A stretch of DNA of 64,000 nt from assembly GCA_013265495.1 (NCBI GenBank), contig MU058103.1:436001-500000 (forward strand), read 5' to 3'. The notes beneath the pieces are model-generated. The model did not search any database, had not been told where the DNA came from, and saw only the letters and a list, made by a program, of their open reading frames with translations. The stretch's first letter is position 1. The number at the start of each line of letters is the position of its first letter. Below, piece after piece: positions 1-13,519 of the stretch. A program made the translations under genes and the position numbers. Source of the stretch: Vicugna vicugna. Taxonomy: Eukaryota.

Positions 1-79
1 ACATACTCTGCTTTCTGCTTGGAAATATTGAGTCAAAATAGGGAAAGAAAAATTAGGGAAAGAGCAGTATTTTCTAGCA

Positions 80-430
80 AAGGATTCACAGAGGAAATGG
101 CTTTTGCAGTGGGTCTTAAATGCAGAGTGAAAAAAAAAAAGGAAGAAAATTAAATGCAGAGTAAGAGCCTGTTAGGTCATTATTCCAACTTTTGGAAACT
201 GCATGTGCAAAGGCACTGAGGCCTGAAGTAGCACCAGTGACCTATGCATTACACATGTAGAGTGGCTAGAGACTGGAACCATATGAGGAAAGAGGCAGGG
301 CATGAGATCAAGAAGCTTGATTGAGGTCAAGGGTAAAATGTGGACTCTCTGTAGGCCATAGTAAGGAGGTTGAACTTGATATCTCAGTGGTGAAAAACCA
401 AAGTATCTTCACATTTGTAAAGGGAGTATA
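80..430 (-). mobile_element. L2 LINE fragment
   Basis: Degenerate antisense L2 motifs 'gcatgtgcaaaggcactgagg' and 'tgtaggccatagtaaggaggttgaactt'; boundaries approximate. Confidence 0.65.
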
Positions 431-934
431 TTTGTTCCTTCATCTAGCTGTCCAATTGCAAAAGTTGGAGACATATCAAAATAGAAGAACATCCATTACA
501 CTTTAAGCAAAAAATATCCTTACTGCTGTTGACAGAATCATAAAAATTAACATTAGAGCAATGTCAGATCAGTTCCCTTGTATCTCACAGTGCAGTATTT
601 CTCTCTGTTCAATCCTGCCTCTAGGCTGAATAGATTTGCTTGTCAATGTTGCTGCTTCTCGTTATTGTAGGCGGTTTCCCTGCTCTTATTAGTTCTCTAT
701 CATCAAAGATGGTGTGAAAATAGAACGTTTGTTTAAAATTTCATTAAGCTATTTTGATAAAATATTCTTTCATTTCTAAGATTTTAAATGCTTTCCTATG
801 AGTTTTTATATTTCTAAATTGGATAATTTTCTGAGGGGGCTTTTTATGTAGTATCAAATTTTAGCACCAATTTATCCATGCTGTAGCACTCAACTAGGAG
901 TTTTGTGTGTCTGTACACAATACATGTACCTGTA

Positions 935-1035
935 CATATATATATACACACACACACATATATATGCACATAGAAAAATATTCAATTATATATATATTAT
1001 ATAGGAAAATATATATATATATATATATATTATAT
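935..1035. repeat. Compound (TA)n/(CA)n microsatellite
   Basis: Directly visible TA and CA dinucleotide runs. Confidence 0.9.
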
Positions 1036-1541
1036 TTTTAAGAATGTAGACTGTGTTTAAAGACATATCTGGAATTCCAAAAACTTCAAGTTTCAGAACA
1101 GGAGTCTAGATCTATATAACTTAGTTCTATATTTAAAAGTAATTAAAATTAAGATGCAGCCAGGATAAGTTTATCCATCTCTAACTTTCTATATTTTTAT
1201 TCTAGTATTTCTACCTGCATTTTTTTTTCATCTTCTAAAAGAAGTATTTTGAATTCCATAGATATCACTATTTGACTTCTCATGAAGGATAGGCTGTATT
1301 CTCAACAAGACATGTATTTTATGCAAATGCCCTCGGTTAGAAAGAAAGAATCCAAGAAAAACAAACAAAAAAACCGCACTTGAAACATGAGTAGGACTGT
1401 GCTTTAAGGCATTTTTCTTGGTTGTCCATGAGTTATCACTTTTCCTGAGAGGCTTGAGATTTACCACAGTAACAGATAGCAGTTGTTTCAGCCTTATCAC
1501 AATTTCAAATTGAAATAAAATAGAATAAAGGCTGATGTCTT

Positions 1542-1569
1542 CAACAACAACAACAACAACAACAACAAC
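1542..1569. repeat. (CAA)9 trinucleotide microsatellite
   Basis: Perfect caacaacaa... run of 28 nt. Confidence 0.95.
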
Positions 1570-2169
1570 CCCTCAAGAATGAAAACAGCTGAGTTATCTT
1601 GTTGAGAAAGTTATAACTAAAAAAGTAAGAACCATAACACATTATGTCTCTCCTCATCTTTTAAAGTAATTTGGAAACACCAAACATTTCAGCATAGAAG
1701 ATTGATAGAGAGGTCAAGGATAGATACATAAATAGATACTGAATATAACACTAACACTTGTTAAATGGATTTTTTCTGTAAATGTAGATTTAAAAATTAA
1801 ATTCAATTAAAACAATAGTGTCATTCTTCTGCTATTAAATGTATGTACTGAAGAAGAGAAGTACATGGAGTAAAGCTTTCATACTAAAATGAATGGCATA
1901 TTTTAAGGTTGTGATTATTTTAATTAAGAAAATAGAGTTGCTATAACTTGGTAGAAAGTTATTTTATACCCAGGAATTTCTCTTGTGTCAACAACTCAGT
2001 GCTGAAGAACACACTGGTTTTTTAGACCTAAAGGTATGAATTAAGGAAATGAGGAAAACTAAGTAGTTTAGCAAACATTTGTATAAAAAAGTAGATTTTT
2101 GAACTATTTTGTAACTTTGCAAGATAATTATGCTTACTAGACTACAGTAACTTAAAGCATTCTTTATAG

Positions 2170-2285
2170 TCAGACAAACATGAGTTCAAATTTAGTATAT
2201 TCCATTTATGAGCTCTGAAACTTTGGGCATGTTTTTTTTAATATCTCTGAACCTCAGAACACTCATCTATAAAATTTAAATACTA
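2170..2285 (+). mobile_element. MIR SINE fragment
   Basis: 'gagttcaaat...ctttgggcatg...ctctgaacctcag...ctcatctataaaat' matches the MIR core. Confidence 0.7.
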
Positions 2286-2564
2286 CTTGATAGTACATGT
2301 ATTGAGTGACTCGTTGGATTTCTCTACCAGTTTCAGTTTCTTTTCTGAAACACTAAAATTAAAACAAAGTTCAAATGTCATCCTTTTGGAATTTTGATAG
2401 ATCCAGTCTAGAATCTAACACCTTTACTATTGTGGCAATATCATTTAGTCTCTTTGAACCACTTGAGTCTAGGAAGTTTATCTTACTCATTTTGGCTTCT
2501 TTAATCTCCACAGAATGCTGAAAATGTAATAGATGCTAACAATGAGAAATGTTTCAACTCCTTT

Positions 2565-2945
2565 TCCTTAGAATAGATAGGTTCTGCTGCAGTAACAAAC
2601 TCTTAATTCTCAATGGCTCAAATATATAAAGATTTATTTCTTGCTCATGCAAAATTTAGTGCAGATTGAATGTCCCTCAGTTGAGGCTTTCCCCCAAATA
2701 GTGACTCAGCATTTTTAGCTCCTTGAACCTCATAATGCTACCATTTGTAGCTGTTGTAGGTGATGGAGGAAGAAGATATTTTTAAAGAAACAAGTGTGAA
2801 ATTGAATTAAAACCCTTCTGCCCATGTTGTATTGGCCAACTTAGTCTTGTGTCTATCAAAATAACTTCAAAAGAAGCTGAGAAATGTAGTCTTTCTGTTT
2901 AGCTTTGAAGAAGAAATGATACAGTGAACATTCAGCTTAATTGCC
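2565..2945 (-). mobile_element. MaLR LTR (MLT1K/L-like)
   Basis: 'ataggttctgctgcagtaacaaac...ctcaatggct...tttatttcttgctcatgc...attggccaac...gctgagaaatgtagtc' is typical of antisense old MLT1. Confidence 0.65.
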
Positions 2946-3499
2946 ATGGTGTGCAGGGAATCATAAACTGTCCTGGAACTCTTTTCCCAACCAGCTAATT
3001 GAACTTAGAATGTGGTTCTCTCTACTAAGAATAGCATAAAACTTTTTTTTCTGACTTATTCTATATAGTTTACATTTCTATAAGTTTACTTTTATGTATT
3101 TGTTTTTTATTGAGGTATAGTTGACCACAATGCTTTTTGTATGGTGAAATAAATATTTATTTAATATACACAATTAAGGAGCTTTTCTTATTCATCCATG
3201 ATGACATATCTCCAAACATAGTATCTAACTGTCTTTTTCTGAAAACATGTGACTTGCATAAGGAGTTTTACATAAGACATGACTTTAGATATTTGATGGA
3301 CTACCACTCAGAGGAAATGAGTTATTCTTTGTGACATCAGATGGCAAATCTATGTGCTATGAATAGATATTGGAGAAAGTTAGATACCACCTCAATCTAC
3401 AAAAAGCCCTCCCAGGAAGATAGGTTAATTTGGTCATAGTGACTTCTCAGTACCTAGATATATTTTACTAGTGCCTAAAAGCAAGATAAAGTCGAAAGA

Positions 3500-3630
3500 A
3501 ATAATCTTTGGAGTTAGAATCTTCTGGGATTAAGTTCCAGTTTCATCAGCTACTAATAACCAGCTACTGACAGTATGGCTTTTGCATGTTAATTAAGCTC
3601 ATAGAGCGTCCTATTTGTTATATAATTAAT
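3500..3630 (+). mobile_element. MIR fragment
   Basis: 'tttggagttaga...ctgggattaagttccag' resembles the MIR 5'/core region. Confidence 0.5.
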
Positions 3631-3637
3631 GAAGTTT

Positions 3638-4140
3638 TATCTGTCAGATTTATTCCTTATAAGCAATAGAAATCAACTCTGGTTGATTCAAGTAGAGTAG
3701 GAATTTATGGAGGATATTGAATAACTCACAGAATTAACAGAAACTTAGCAGAACCACACTAAGAGAAAGGCAAAGCCAGTGTTGAATAAGTCTAGAACCA
3801 TAGCCAGAATCATGCCCATGGAACTGTCTGGTGCTGATGCGACTGGGCACTCATGGCCATAGCCCATACGGCCATCACTGTTAATCTCCTATGCTGGAAA
3901 CTGATTAGTAATAGCAACCGAAATGAATTATTTTCAACTTCTTTGTGTCTTTCTGTTCTTTGTGTCATTCTGGCCAGATTCAAAGTTCTAGGTCAGAACT
4001 TCTGGTTGCTTGAGACTCAGCTACATGCCACGTCTATACTGCCAGAGGGCGGAGAAAAGTGAGTATCGGGTTTGCCTCTCACCAAGATGTGAACAGTGGG
4101 GAAATCCACAATATGGAAATATCTAAGTACTGGACATCCA
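3638..4140 (-). mobile_element. Old ERVL/MaLR-type LTR (LTR33/LTR78/79-like)
   Basis: 'aagcaatagaaatcaactctggttgattcaagtagagtaggaatttatggaggatattgaataactcacagaat' is typical of antisense old ERVL LTR ends. Confidence 0.5.
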
Positions 4141-4199
4141 AGAGTCAGCTGCAAGACACAATTGCAGCATTCTTGGCTTAATGTCAGAATTACTAGATA

Positions 4200-4665
4200 T
4201 GTGTTTTGAATGGTATAACATATTTCATAAGTTCTCTCTCACTGTGAGTTTCCTTTCACTGGCAGTTCATTATGCCCTGACCTCGACTGGTTTGCTTATC
4301 AGGCTCTAAACCTCTGGTTTATCTAGGGCCCATGCCAGAGGCCCATAGATATGTAATGTCCAGAGAAGGCCCCTTCTTTGTTAAGGGGAAAAATTCTTCA
4401 AAATACTCAATCCCCATGAGCCTATGAAACCTAGCTAACCCCCCAACACCTGTATACATAAACTACCTCCTACAATTCCAGATTGCTGATCCCCTGTCGC
4501 CAGGTGGCCCTGCCTGATAGTCTACTCTTGTTTGGAGATGTTAGTAACAAACAGTTCTACCTTTCATCTGTCAGAGTCCGTGTGTTGTGTCTGCCACAGT
4601 AAAATTATAATTATGCCTAATATCATATAATTATGAGACAAAGGGGCAGTTCTGTACCCAGAACA
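4200..4665 (+). mobile_element. Probable solo LTR (ERVL, family uncertain)
   Basis: TG... start, ...cccagaaCA end, TATA-like 'gtatacataaa' and a U5-like tail. Confidence 0.4.
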
Positions 4666-4869
4666 TATAGTACTCAATACAATTCTTGGATAATTAGCTA
4701 TTGGGAGTATTTTAGAGACCATCTGTGTACTAGATAAGCTCTACATTTTTTACTCAACTCCCTGACTCTATGAAGAGCTAAGAAAGACACAGAATACAAA
4801 TGTTGAAGAACATATTTATCATTGTTATTATTTTTGTAGCAACTTTGACCTACAGTGGCTACTTTGCCA

Positions 4870-5040
4870 TAAAAGTCTGACTGTGCATTAGGTCTGTCTG
4901 TTGAGATTTTAAAGCATTAGAGACTTGGACTGTACCTCAGAACCACTACATAAATAACCTTAAAAGTTCTATTTAGGTATGTACATTTTTCGATATCTTC
5001 ATGGTTGAGTCTGATATACAGATAGAGTTGAGAACTACTG
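4870..5040. mobile_element. MER5-like hAT-Charlie DNA transposon
   Basis: Terminal 'ctgatatacagatagagttgagaactactg' is like the MER5 end. Confidence 0.55.
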
Positions 5041-5855
5041 ACCTACAGGATAAACTTTAATAGTATCGCTTTACAAGGCATGATCTTCACAGTCTTGGTC
5101 AATGTATCTTTCTAGTCCATTCTCCCTATTCCCTGCATCTACTCTCCTACCTTTGTAGCAGACTTATAGAACTTGCAATTCTTGAGACACCATATTTTCT
5201 TTATCTCCCTGGATGTTTAATATGCTTTTTTTTTCTTTTTCTTAATTTTTTTCTTTTTTTTTTTTAGCAGAATCTGACTTGTAACTCTTCTTGTGGGACA
5301 TGGTATAAAACCTAGCCCAGTGGTTTCCCTCTGATTCTCTTTAGAAAGTCCAAACCGGAGATACTTATATGGACTTTTTCTTTAATGCATTAGGTTTATG
5401 TTTCCCTCATTTCCTCCTTTTTCAGTGTTACTCCTTTAGAGTAAATCTTATTTATTTGAGGCCCCATGATTTTACAAAAATACCCAACCTATTGTTAACA
5501 TCTCATATCCATCCATTTACAACTCATGAAGTGATTTTTATTGATTAATCTTAAAGGCATGAAGCATAAAAATCCTTGTTAAGAGTTGGGTGCTATGAAG
5601 AGTGAAGAAACATCTGTGTATACAGAAGGCTACCTAGTCTTTGGCTTCTGGCTAAGATAGAATGTCAGGCACCAGATTTATCTCCTAGGGAGACTTTTAT
5701 CACCCTAACTTATTCCCTTGAAAGAGCTTCTGGCTGTGGTACAGGAAGGGGGAACTCAGGCAGAGCCTGGTGATCCGGTGACAAATATGGTCTGATTCGC
5801 CCTGGACTCTCCATCAGTTCTAGGCAAAGTAAGATGACTGGATATCTAGCAAAAT

Positions 5856-6225
5856 ACTGTATGATATCACTTACATGTAAAATCTAAAAATATGACACAA
5901 ATGAACTTATTTATGAAACAGAAACAGAGTCAGAGACATAGGCATAGAAAATAACTTATGGTTACCAAAGGGGAAAGGCAGTGGATAGGGATAAGTTAGG
6001 AGTTTGGGATTAACACATACAAACTACTATATATAAAATAGATAAAGAACAAGATCCTACTATATACTACAGGGAACTGTATTCAATATCTTGTAATAAA
6101 TTATAATGGAAGAGAATATGAAAAAAAATGTGTGTGTGTGTATATATGTAAAACTGAATCACTTTGCTGTACACCAGAAACTAACACATTATAAATCAAC
6201 TATACTTTAATAAAAATAAATAAAT
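5856..6225 (+). mobile_element. Cetartiodactyl-type L1 3'UTR insertion
   Basis: 'atggttaccaaaggggaaagg...ggagtttgggattaac...actgaatcactttgctgtacaccagaaactaacac...tcaactatact' plus an A-rich tail; interrupts the older L1M. Confidence 0.9.
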
Positions 6226-9200
6226 AGCCCCTTCAAAAGACAATTGATTACCATTCTCTGGCAGAATCTTAGGGCTAAAAAGGTGGAGCTGACAGTCTGG
6301 GAAGAGCAAAATGACTAGAGTTCACAGAACAGACACCATGGAGGAGAATGCCTCACACAGAGAGAACTTCAGAGATTAGCAGAGGATCCACTTTGAGTAC
6401 TTAACTGAGTACTGATCAGTGCATACATATGAGACAACTGTCTGAGGCTAGAGAAAGAACTATTCTCCACCTCCCCTCAACAAACAAAACAAAACAAAAA
6501 CAAAAACACAGGAAGAACCAGGGCCCAGCACTCCTACAGGGTGAGGAATAATGTCTGTTTCCATCAGCCAGATGGAAAAACTCATAACTGATGGTTCATT
6601 GGGTAGAATATATTTAAGGGTTTTACCTCATTAGTGGGGGATAAATAACCCTAGACGGATCACTACCCTAATCGTGAATAATGCGTATTAAAATCTAGAC
6701 CTGAAAGACCAAACTAAGTAATTTCAATGAATTCTAGAATGAAGCTCAAGAATATTTATTATCATATAAATATATCCACCACCCGACAAGGTAAAAATCA
6801 TATTATTTCAATCAGTCAAAAAATACCAAGCATGAAAAAAATCAGGAACATACAACCCATAATGAAGAGAAAAATCAGTCAGTTGAAACCAAGTCAGAAC
6901 TGGCACAGATGTAACAATTTACAGACATGAACATGTTTAAAACTTTAGAAGATATGGAAGAGGTAAGAAAATGATCACATTGAGTTTCTAGAGATCAAAG
7001 CTAGAATGTTTTAGATAAAAACTGCATTAGATAGAATTTCCAACAAATTAGTCTTTCAGGAAAAAAAGAGGAGAAAATTAGAAAATATAGCAATAAAAAC
7101 TATCCAAAGTATAAAAGGATGGAGGAGGAGAAGGTAAAAAAAGGTTCCAGTGAGCTTTGGGACATTTTCAGCCTTGGCCTAATACATGTGTAACCAGAGT
7201 CTCAAAAATAGAGGGTAGCAAAAAACATTTGAAAAACTGATGGTTGAAAAATTTCAAATTTGAGGGAAATTATAAAATGACATATATGAGATGCTCAGCA
7301 AACACTCAAGTGCACAGAACATTAAGAAAACTCAGCCAATATACTGACTGAGCCAAAAACTCAATCACTATAAAATTTGTTAAAGCAATGATAAAAAAAT
7401 AAAATAAAACATTCAGAAAAAAAATAGGCACAATAGGTACAGAGCATCAAATAAATTACTGCTCTCAGATTTCTCCTTGTAAAACATGCAATCGAGAAAA
7501 CATTGGGGCACCAGCTAATAATTACTGAAAGATAACAAGCTGTTAGTCTAGAATTTATACCTAGTAAAATAATCTTTCTAAAGAAAAAGTAAAATGAAAA
7601 CTTGTATGAGACATAAAGAAATGTAGCATTTGACAAAAACAAATACAAATTCTTAATAAATCTCACACCTAACTATGGATAGATGAGAATATCCTCAACC
7701 TGATAGATGATATGTAGAAAATCTCTGACTAGCTTCATATTAATGGAAAAGATTTAATGCCTTCCCCCTGAAATAATGAACAAGAAATTACTGTTCTCAA
7801 CCCTTTCATTTAATGATGTACTGGAGGTTTTATTTAATGCAGTAAGATAAGAAGAAGAAATAAAAGGCACATAATTGGAAGAGAAAGAGGTAAAACTGTT
7901 TTTGTTTATAGACGATACAATTGTGTAAAATCCAAGGAAATCACCACCAACAGCAATAAGCCTTCTAGAGTAAGTGAGTTTAGAAAGTTACGGAATACGT
8001 GACCCATATTCAAAACTATCAGTTGCATTTCTATATACTAGCAATGAAAACTTAAAAATTTTTTAATGAAACTCCGTCCAGCAGCATCAAATATAAGAAA
8101 AACCTAGAGAAAAAAATGTGAAAGTCCTGTGCACTCAAAACTACAATATATCACTAAGAAATTAAAGCTGATTATATATTTGAAAGGATAGAGTATACAT
8201 TCGTTGGATAACTCAGTGTTTTTCTAGTGTCAGTTCTCCACCGATGGCTTTATAAGTTTAATACAATTCTGACCAAGACCTTGGTCAGATTTTTTGGTTC
8301 AATTTGAAAAACTTACTCTAATGGTAATATGGAAATATAAAGAATTTGGAAAAAGAGCAAAGTTGGAGGACTAATGCTATCAGATTTCAAGACATAATAG
8401 ACAGCAAAGTAATTAAGAGTTTGTATTGGCATTGAGGCAGATAAACAGACCAATACAACAAAATAGAATGCCCAGAAATATAAGTGTAACTGGTTTTTTT
8501 GAATCATTGGATATTCATTTGCAAAAAAAAAGAACAAAACCAAAACAAAATATTTCTAATCCATTCCTCATTATCACATAAATCAGTTACTTACATTGTT
8601 AGAATTATCGACTTAACTGTGAAACATAAAACTAATACATGGTTAGAATAAAAAATAGCAGAAGTCCTTTATGACCTTACGTTAGAAAGATTTTTCTTAG
8701 ACACAGAAACAAAAATATGATCCATAAAATAATAAATTGATAAATTGTACTTCACCAAAATTGAAAGCTTCAGTGTCTTCAAAAGATACTGTTAAGACAG
8801 TAAGAGGACCAGACAGACTGGGAGAAAAATATTTGCAAATTATATGTTCGATAAAGAGCTTATAATAAATAAAGAAACTTCAAAACAAAATAATAAAGCA
8901 AAAACCCCATAAATAAAAAAAAAGATCTGGACAGACACTTCAACGAGGGAAATATATGTATGGCAAATAAGCACATGAAAAATGCTCAACATAATTCATC
9001 ATTAGAGAAATAAATTTTGTTTTACATTCCTATTAGAATGGTTAAAATGTAAAAGGCTGACGGATACAAATATTATAAATTGGTATACTATCCTTGGGGA
9101 ATAACTTCTTTAAAAGTTAAGCATGTACTTACCTTATGATCTAGCACTTCGTTCCTTGGTATTTTTCCAAGAGAAGTGAAAGCATATATCCATATAAATA

Positions 9201-9323
9201 TTTTATGTGAATGTTTGTAACATCATACTTGTCACAGCCAAAAATCAGGAATAGTTCTAATGTCTACCAACAAGTTAGTGGGTAAACAAACTGGGGCACA
9301 TTCATGCAACTGAGTACCAATTG

Positions 9324-9325
<2 letters not shown>

Positions 9326-9362
<37 letters not shown>
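9326..9362. repeat. Pure poly(A)37 tract
   Basis: Uninterrupted A run inside the old L1 3' region. Confidence 0.95.
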
Positions 9363-9366
<4 letters not shown>

Positions 9367-10044
9367 CATGGTACAACATAGATAAACTGCAGAATGATTA
9401 TGCTGATTGAGAGAAACATGACCAAAAGAAAAGAAAAAGATTCCATTTATGTAGAATTTCAGAAAATACAAAACAATCTAATGACAGAAGGCAGGCCAGT
9501 GGTTGACTGGGAATGGAATTACCAATTGGCACAAGGAAACTTTGGATGTAATCTTCATTATTTTGGCTGTGGTGGTGTTTGCAAGGATTCACATACATCA
9601 AAACTCATCAAACAGTACACTTCAAATATGTGCAGTTTATTATATGTCAGTTATACCTCAGTAAAACTGTTAGAAGTTTGAAAAAAGATACAAAGATCCC
9701 TAATAATAAGCAAGTTGGTTAGTGTCCATAAAGAATTATACATATGTGTGTATATATATATATATACACACATATATATGTTTATATATGCTTGTTTTTA
9801 CAAGTGGCTCGGAGAATTAGAACTTTGTTCAGCAAGAGGCTTAAAGGATGGATGAGGAAGATCAAGGAAAGCCTTGCTGAACTGAGTCTTAAAGAACAAG
9901 CAGCAGGTGAATTCAGGAGGAATGTGTTCCAATAATAGAGGATGGAGATGAGAGAGCGTGGTTTGCAAAACTACAGGTCAGGTCTGTTGTCAGTCACTGA
10001 ATGTTGTCTTTGATTCCCAGTCCAGTTTTCCTGTTTCCTGTGAA

Positions 10045-10245
10045 CGCTGGTTTTCAAACTGCAAATTGTGAAGCCCTAGATTTCCTTAGGGGTGGGTATC
10101 TGGGATTGTCGGGTAGGGAGTCTTCTCACACCTGTTTCAATAAAGCAGGCCCTCTAACTGTTTTATGTATTGAGTGCCTACCAAAGTTTCCTTGAGGAAA
10201 GAGTTCTACAACTAAAACAAAACAGGCAAATAAAACATCACTGTT
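10045..10245. mobile_element. hAT-Charlie MITE (MER102-like)
   Basis: 'ggttttcaaactg...agccctag...' start and 'gaggaaagagttctacaactaaaa...cactg' end. Confidence 0.5.
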
Positions 10246-10479
10246 TTAGCTAATGTGGAATGCACTCTATTTTTATATTAAAAAAACATGTTTTCCTGTT
10301 TCCATTATTTTGTTCATTTTTACCCCGATACCAGAGTGGTCTTTCTCTTTTATATATGCTCTGCCATTCTATCAGTTTTAAAGCCATCCCAATGAAGTCT
10401 TTTCTGATTCCTGCAGCTTGAAGTATTTCTCTTTCTTATGAAAACCTCCAATACTTTGTATAGAAGTGCCTTGATGCCA

Positions 10480-10710
10480 GTTATGAGTCCAGGAATGCTG
10501 CTGGTGCTTTCACATATGTCATTCATTTGAGCCTCACAACATTGCTGTGAGGAGGCAGTAGCATCTCAGTGACATGGGTGGAAAGTTGGAGGCTCAGACT
10601 GCTTATGTGAGTTTCTGGAATTCACATAACCGTTAAGAGGCAAAACTAAGAATATGATCCAGGGCTTTTGACTCCAAGTTATATTTTAATTTCATTAAAA
10701 CATTATTGCT
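10480..10710 (-). mobile_element. MIR SINE
   Basis: 'catttgagcctcacaac...gaggctcaga...gatccagggcttttgactccaag' is antisense MIR. Confidence 0.8.
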
Positions 10711-10789
10711 ACACTCTAAAATTATACCTGTATCGTCCTATCCAGCACAGCTTTTTTACAAGGTAGCGTACTTACTTTTGTAGTACCTT

Positions 10790-10885
10790 TTCAACTAGAT
10801 CATTAATTTCTTTAGGGAGAGCAACGTCTTGTATCAGTTTGTATGAGGGCTGTATGTAGGGGGTGATCAATAAATGTTTGAGAAA
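10790..10885 (+). mobile_element. L2 3' end
   Basis: 'caactagatcatt...tcaataaatgtttga' is the L2 tail. Confidence 0.55.
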
Positions 10886-11174
10886 GAAAAGAATGGTGAG
10901 AGAAAAAAGAGAAAGAAGGAAGAAGGGAGGGAAGGATAGAAAGAACAGAGATAGGAGAAGGAGCACATGAATGGTTAGTGTAAGTAATGCTTAAATCTTG
11001 TTGATCTTTTCTGAGAACATAATGCTCCGTAGATTTTGCTAAGTGCTGAAGATGGGTTTCTGACAGTATTATTGAGTATACAACACAACAGAAGTGTGAT
11101 TCAATATGGATCTGAAACTCATAGTGCATTTCCCCAGTTCCTACTTCAACTCCATTAGATAGCTTTGGGTCCTT

Positions 11175-11642
11175 TTGTGTAGAAATCTATTGTCTGCTCA
11201 CCAAAATACTTATGTATCCTGCTCCTGAGAGTAGCACCAGGTTTGACAGAGGTAAGGGGGCATGGTATGTTTGTGGCACCTCTCTTCTCTGGCCGTCAGT
11301 CCAAGAAGCTCCTATTGGGACATGTAGTTTGAGCTGGGTCAGTGAGAGTCTACCATGTTACTGGCTACAGTGACTGATCCAGGAATGGATATGTGACCCC
11401 ACTCTAGCCAGTCAGAAAGCAACCAATCTGATCTTAAATTGCTGAGTTTTGGAGAAGGATCCAGAGACATTTTCTCTCTTGATGCCAGATTTTGATTCTC
11501 TAATTAAGCTGTATTTAAAGTGAGAACCGCCTCCGAAATGTAAGTATGGGAATTAATAAGCCACTTTATTTTTGTCTTTAAACTTGTTTGGCTTGGACAT
11601 TTTTTCCTCATCCTTATTTTCAACTACAGTGTTACTAATACA
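11175..11642 (+). mobile_element. Old MaLR/ERVL LTR (MLT1J-L/LTR33-like)
   Basis: 'gtgactgatccaggaatggatatgtgacccc...agccagtcaga' and terminal 'actaataca'. Confidence 0.55.
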
Positions 11643-11819
11643 AAAAAAAATATGTAATGCCTTTAAAATATACAGCTTCCCAAACAAATGTTAGCGTGAT
11701 GACTTGCCTTCTCCTGATAACCTTGGGATAAAGTGAACCACATGGAATGGATGTGGCTCATCCTTTCCTCATGAATAGACTCCAGCATCCATTATCACAG
11801 TGTGGCTCCCAGTTGCAGA

Positions 11820-12025
11820 ATGCTGCCGTGTACCAGGTAGCCTGGTGGGCACTTAATGTGTATTTTCTATTTAATCCTCACAATTAACTCATGAGGAAAG
11901 TGATAGTATTTTTAATTTTAGGAATGAGGTATCAGGCCTGGAAAAACAAGTAACTTACTTTGATGATCAAGCTAGAATTTGAATGTCTGTCTGACTTCAA
12001 GATTCACTCTTTCTGCACTACCAAA
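11820..12025 (-). mobile_element. MIR SINE
   Basis: 'tatttaatcctcacaat...aagtaactt...gtctgtctgacttcaa'. Confidence 0.75.
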
Positions 12026-12849
12026 TTGTTCTGCTGTGTAAACAACAACTGAAAACAATTTACCTTTAATTTCTAAAAATTCCTTCCTAGCAAACAGGTA
12101 ATATTGACATTAGGGGATATTTTTGTTTGGTCATAATTTTAGAGAAAGACCAGATTTCTTAAAGCTCATGTGTCATTTTTCTCCCTGATTTCTTTGGGTG
12201 ATTTTATTGGCATCCTTGCATTGTACCCTGAACACAAAAAAGATATTTTGGTTGAAATAGCATGACACTGTCAACCTTGAAATAGGCATTTAAAAGCCTT
12301 TTCATCTCATAAAGCCTTCAGTGTAGCATGTGGATTTATGGTTATACTTTTCTACAACAATTAAAATCCCTATAAATAACATTCTCCATGTTTAGCATTT
12401 TAACCTTCCTTTGCTGGTAACATGATGCATTCTGCATATTTTCCTGAATACAGGATAAGTAAACCATAAATTCAGTAAGATGTACATAATATTATGTATA
12501 CATAATAGAAGAGCAGTCTTCAAAATGTTTCTTTGTGAAAATATCCAATTCATGAAGAGAAGTATGCTTAGAAATTTAATTTGTAGACATATTATATGCG
12601 AATTAACTCATAATTTTATGTAAATTTCTATGAACAAAAAACAAAGTCAATGAAAACCTCAGTATTTATTTTGAATAATGGAAATGGTGGAGGATTTTTC
12701 CTTTTCTATTTTCCTAGATAGTATTTATTAAATAGAGTTTACTTAAAAATTTGATACTAATTTTAATTTTATAAAAGTTTTTAAAATACCGATGCCAAAT
12801 ATTGCTGTGGAATGTGAAGAAATAACCATTTTTTGTCCAAAACTATTCA

Positions 12850-13010
12850 TTTATATCCATTCCATTATTCCTTTGTTAATTTCCTACACATTTATAAATA
12901 TCTAACATATGTCTGGCAATGTTACAGTGATTGGGGATGTATATAATTAAAGGACAGGCAAAGTCCTTGCCCTCAGTAAGCAAGCATTATAGTCAGGGAA
13001 GAGAGCTAGC
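12850..13010 (-). mobile_element. L2 3' end
   Basis: 'acatttataaatatctaacatatgtctggcaatg...aaagtccttgccctca'. Confidence 0.65.
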
Positions 13011-13519
13011 ACACACACATAGTTGCACACACACAGATGGGATAAATGCTGTGCCTTAAAGCAACATAATGTGATATGGAAAGATTTATAGAGGTGTCTG
13101 TAAAAGAATGCTTTCAAAAATAAGGGAGAAATACTTTGGCAAAAAGATGATTATTGAACTGGTCTTTGCTATCAATACAAATAAATAGAAAACAACTCTA
13201 ATAAATAAGTTATTAAACTATTAACTATCATAGAAAATAGAATTATATAACATTAGATACATAATTATTTCCATATTATAAGTACAATATTCTTACAATA
13301 TGAAAGAAAAGTAATCAAAGGTGAAGAGTTTGACCATGGCATTTAACTTTATGTATGCAAAGTACATAATTGTCAATCTCAAAAAATTTATGCATGTGAA
13401 TAGCTATATTAGAATAAAAATATTGTGTTATGAATGATTCTTTAATGTTGCTAACATTATTTGTGCAATAATAAAAGATCAAATTTAATTCTTAAAAATT
13501 AATTAAAAATCCAAAAGAA

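Larger units (their letters stand above)
5640..9680 (+). mobile_element. Ancient L1M (L1MC/MD/ME-type) skeleton: 5'UTR, ORF1 remnant, 3' half of ORF2 and 3'UTR
   Basis: ORF1-like A-rich remnant at 6.8-7.6 kb; ORF2 motifs ('ctcaacctgata', 'gtactggaggtt', 'aaagttggaggactaatgctatcagatttcaagaca'); 3'UTR ending 'ttatatgtcagttatacctcagtaaaactg'; heavily frameshifted. Confidence 0.85.

Noticed and set aside
1211..1245. Minus-strand 20-nt microexon-like cassette
   Set aside because: Weak donor (GTAGAA), not frame-preserving, and mostly a poly(A) run
4497..4510. CTCF-like motif TCGCCAGGTGGCCC in an LTR
   Set aside because: Two mismatches and no supporting context; not distinguishable from chance
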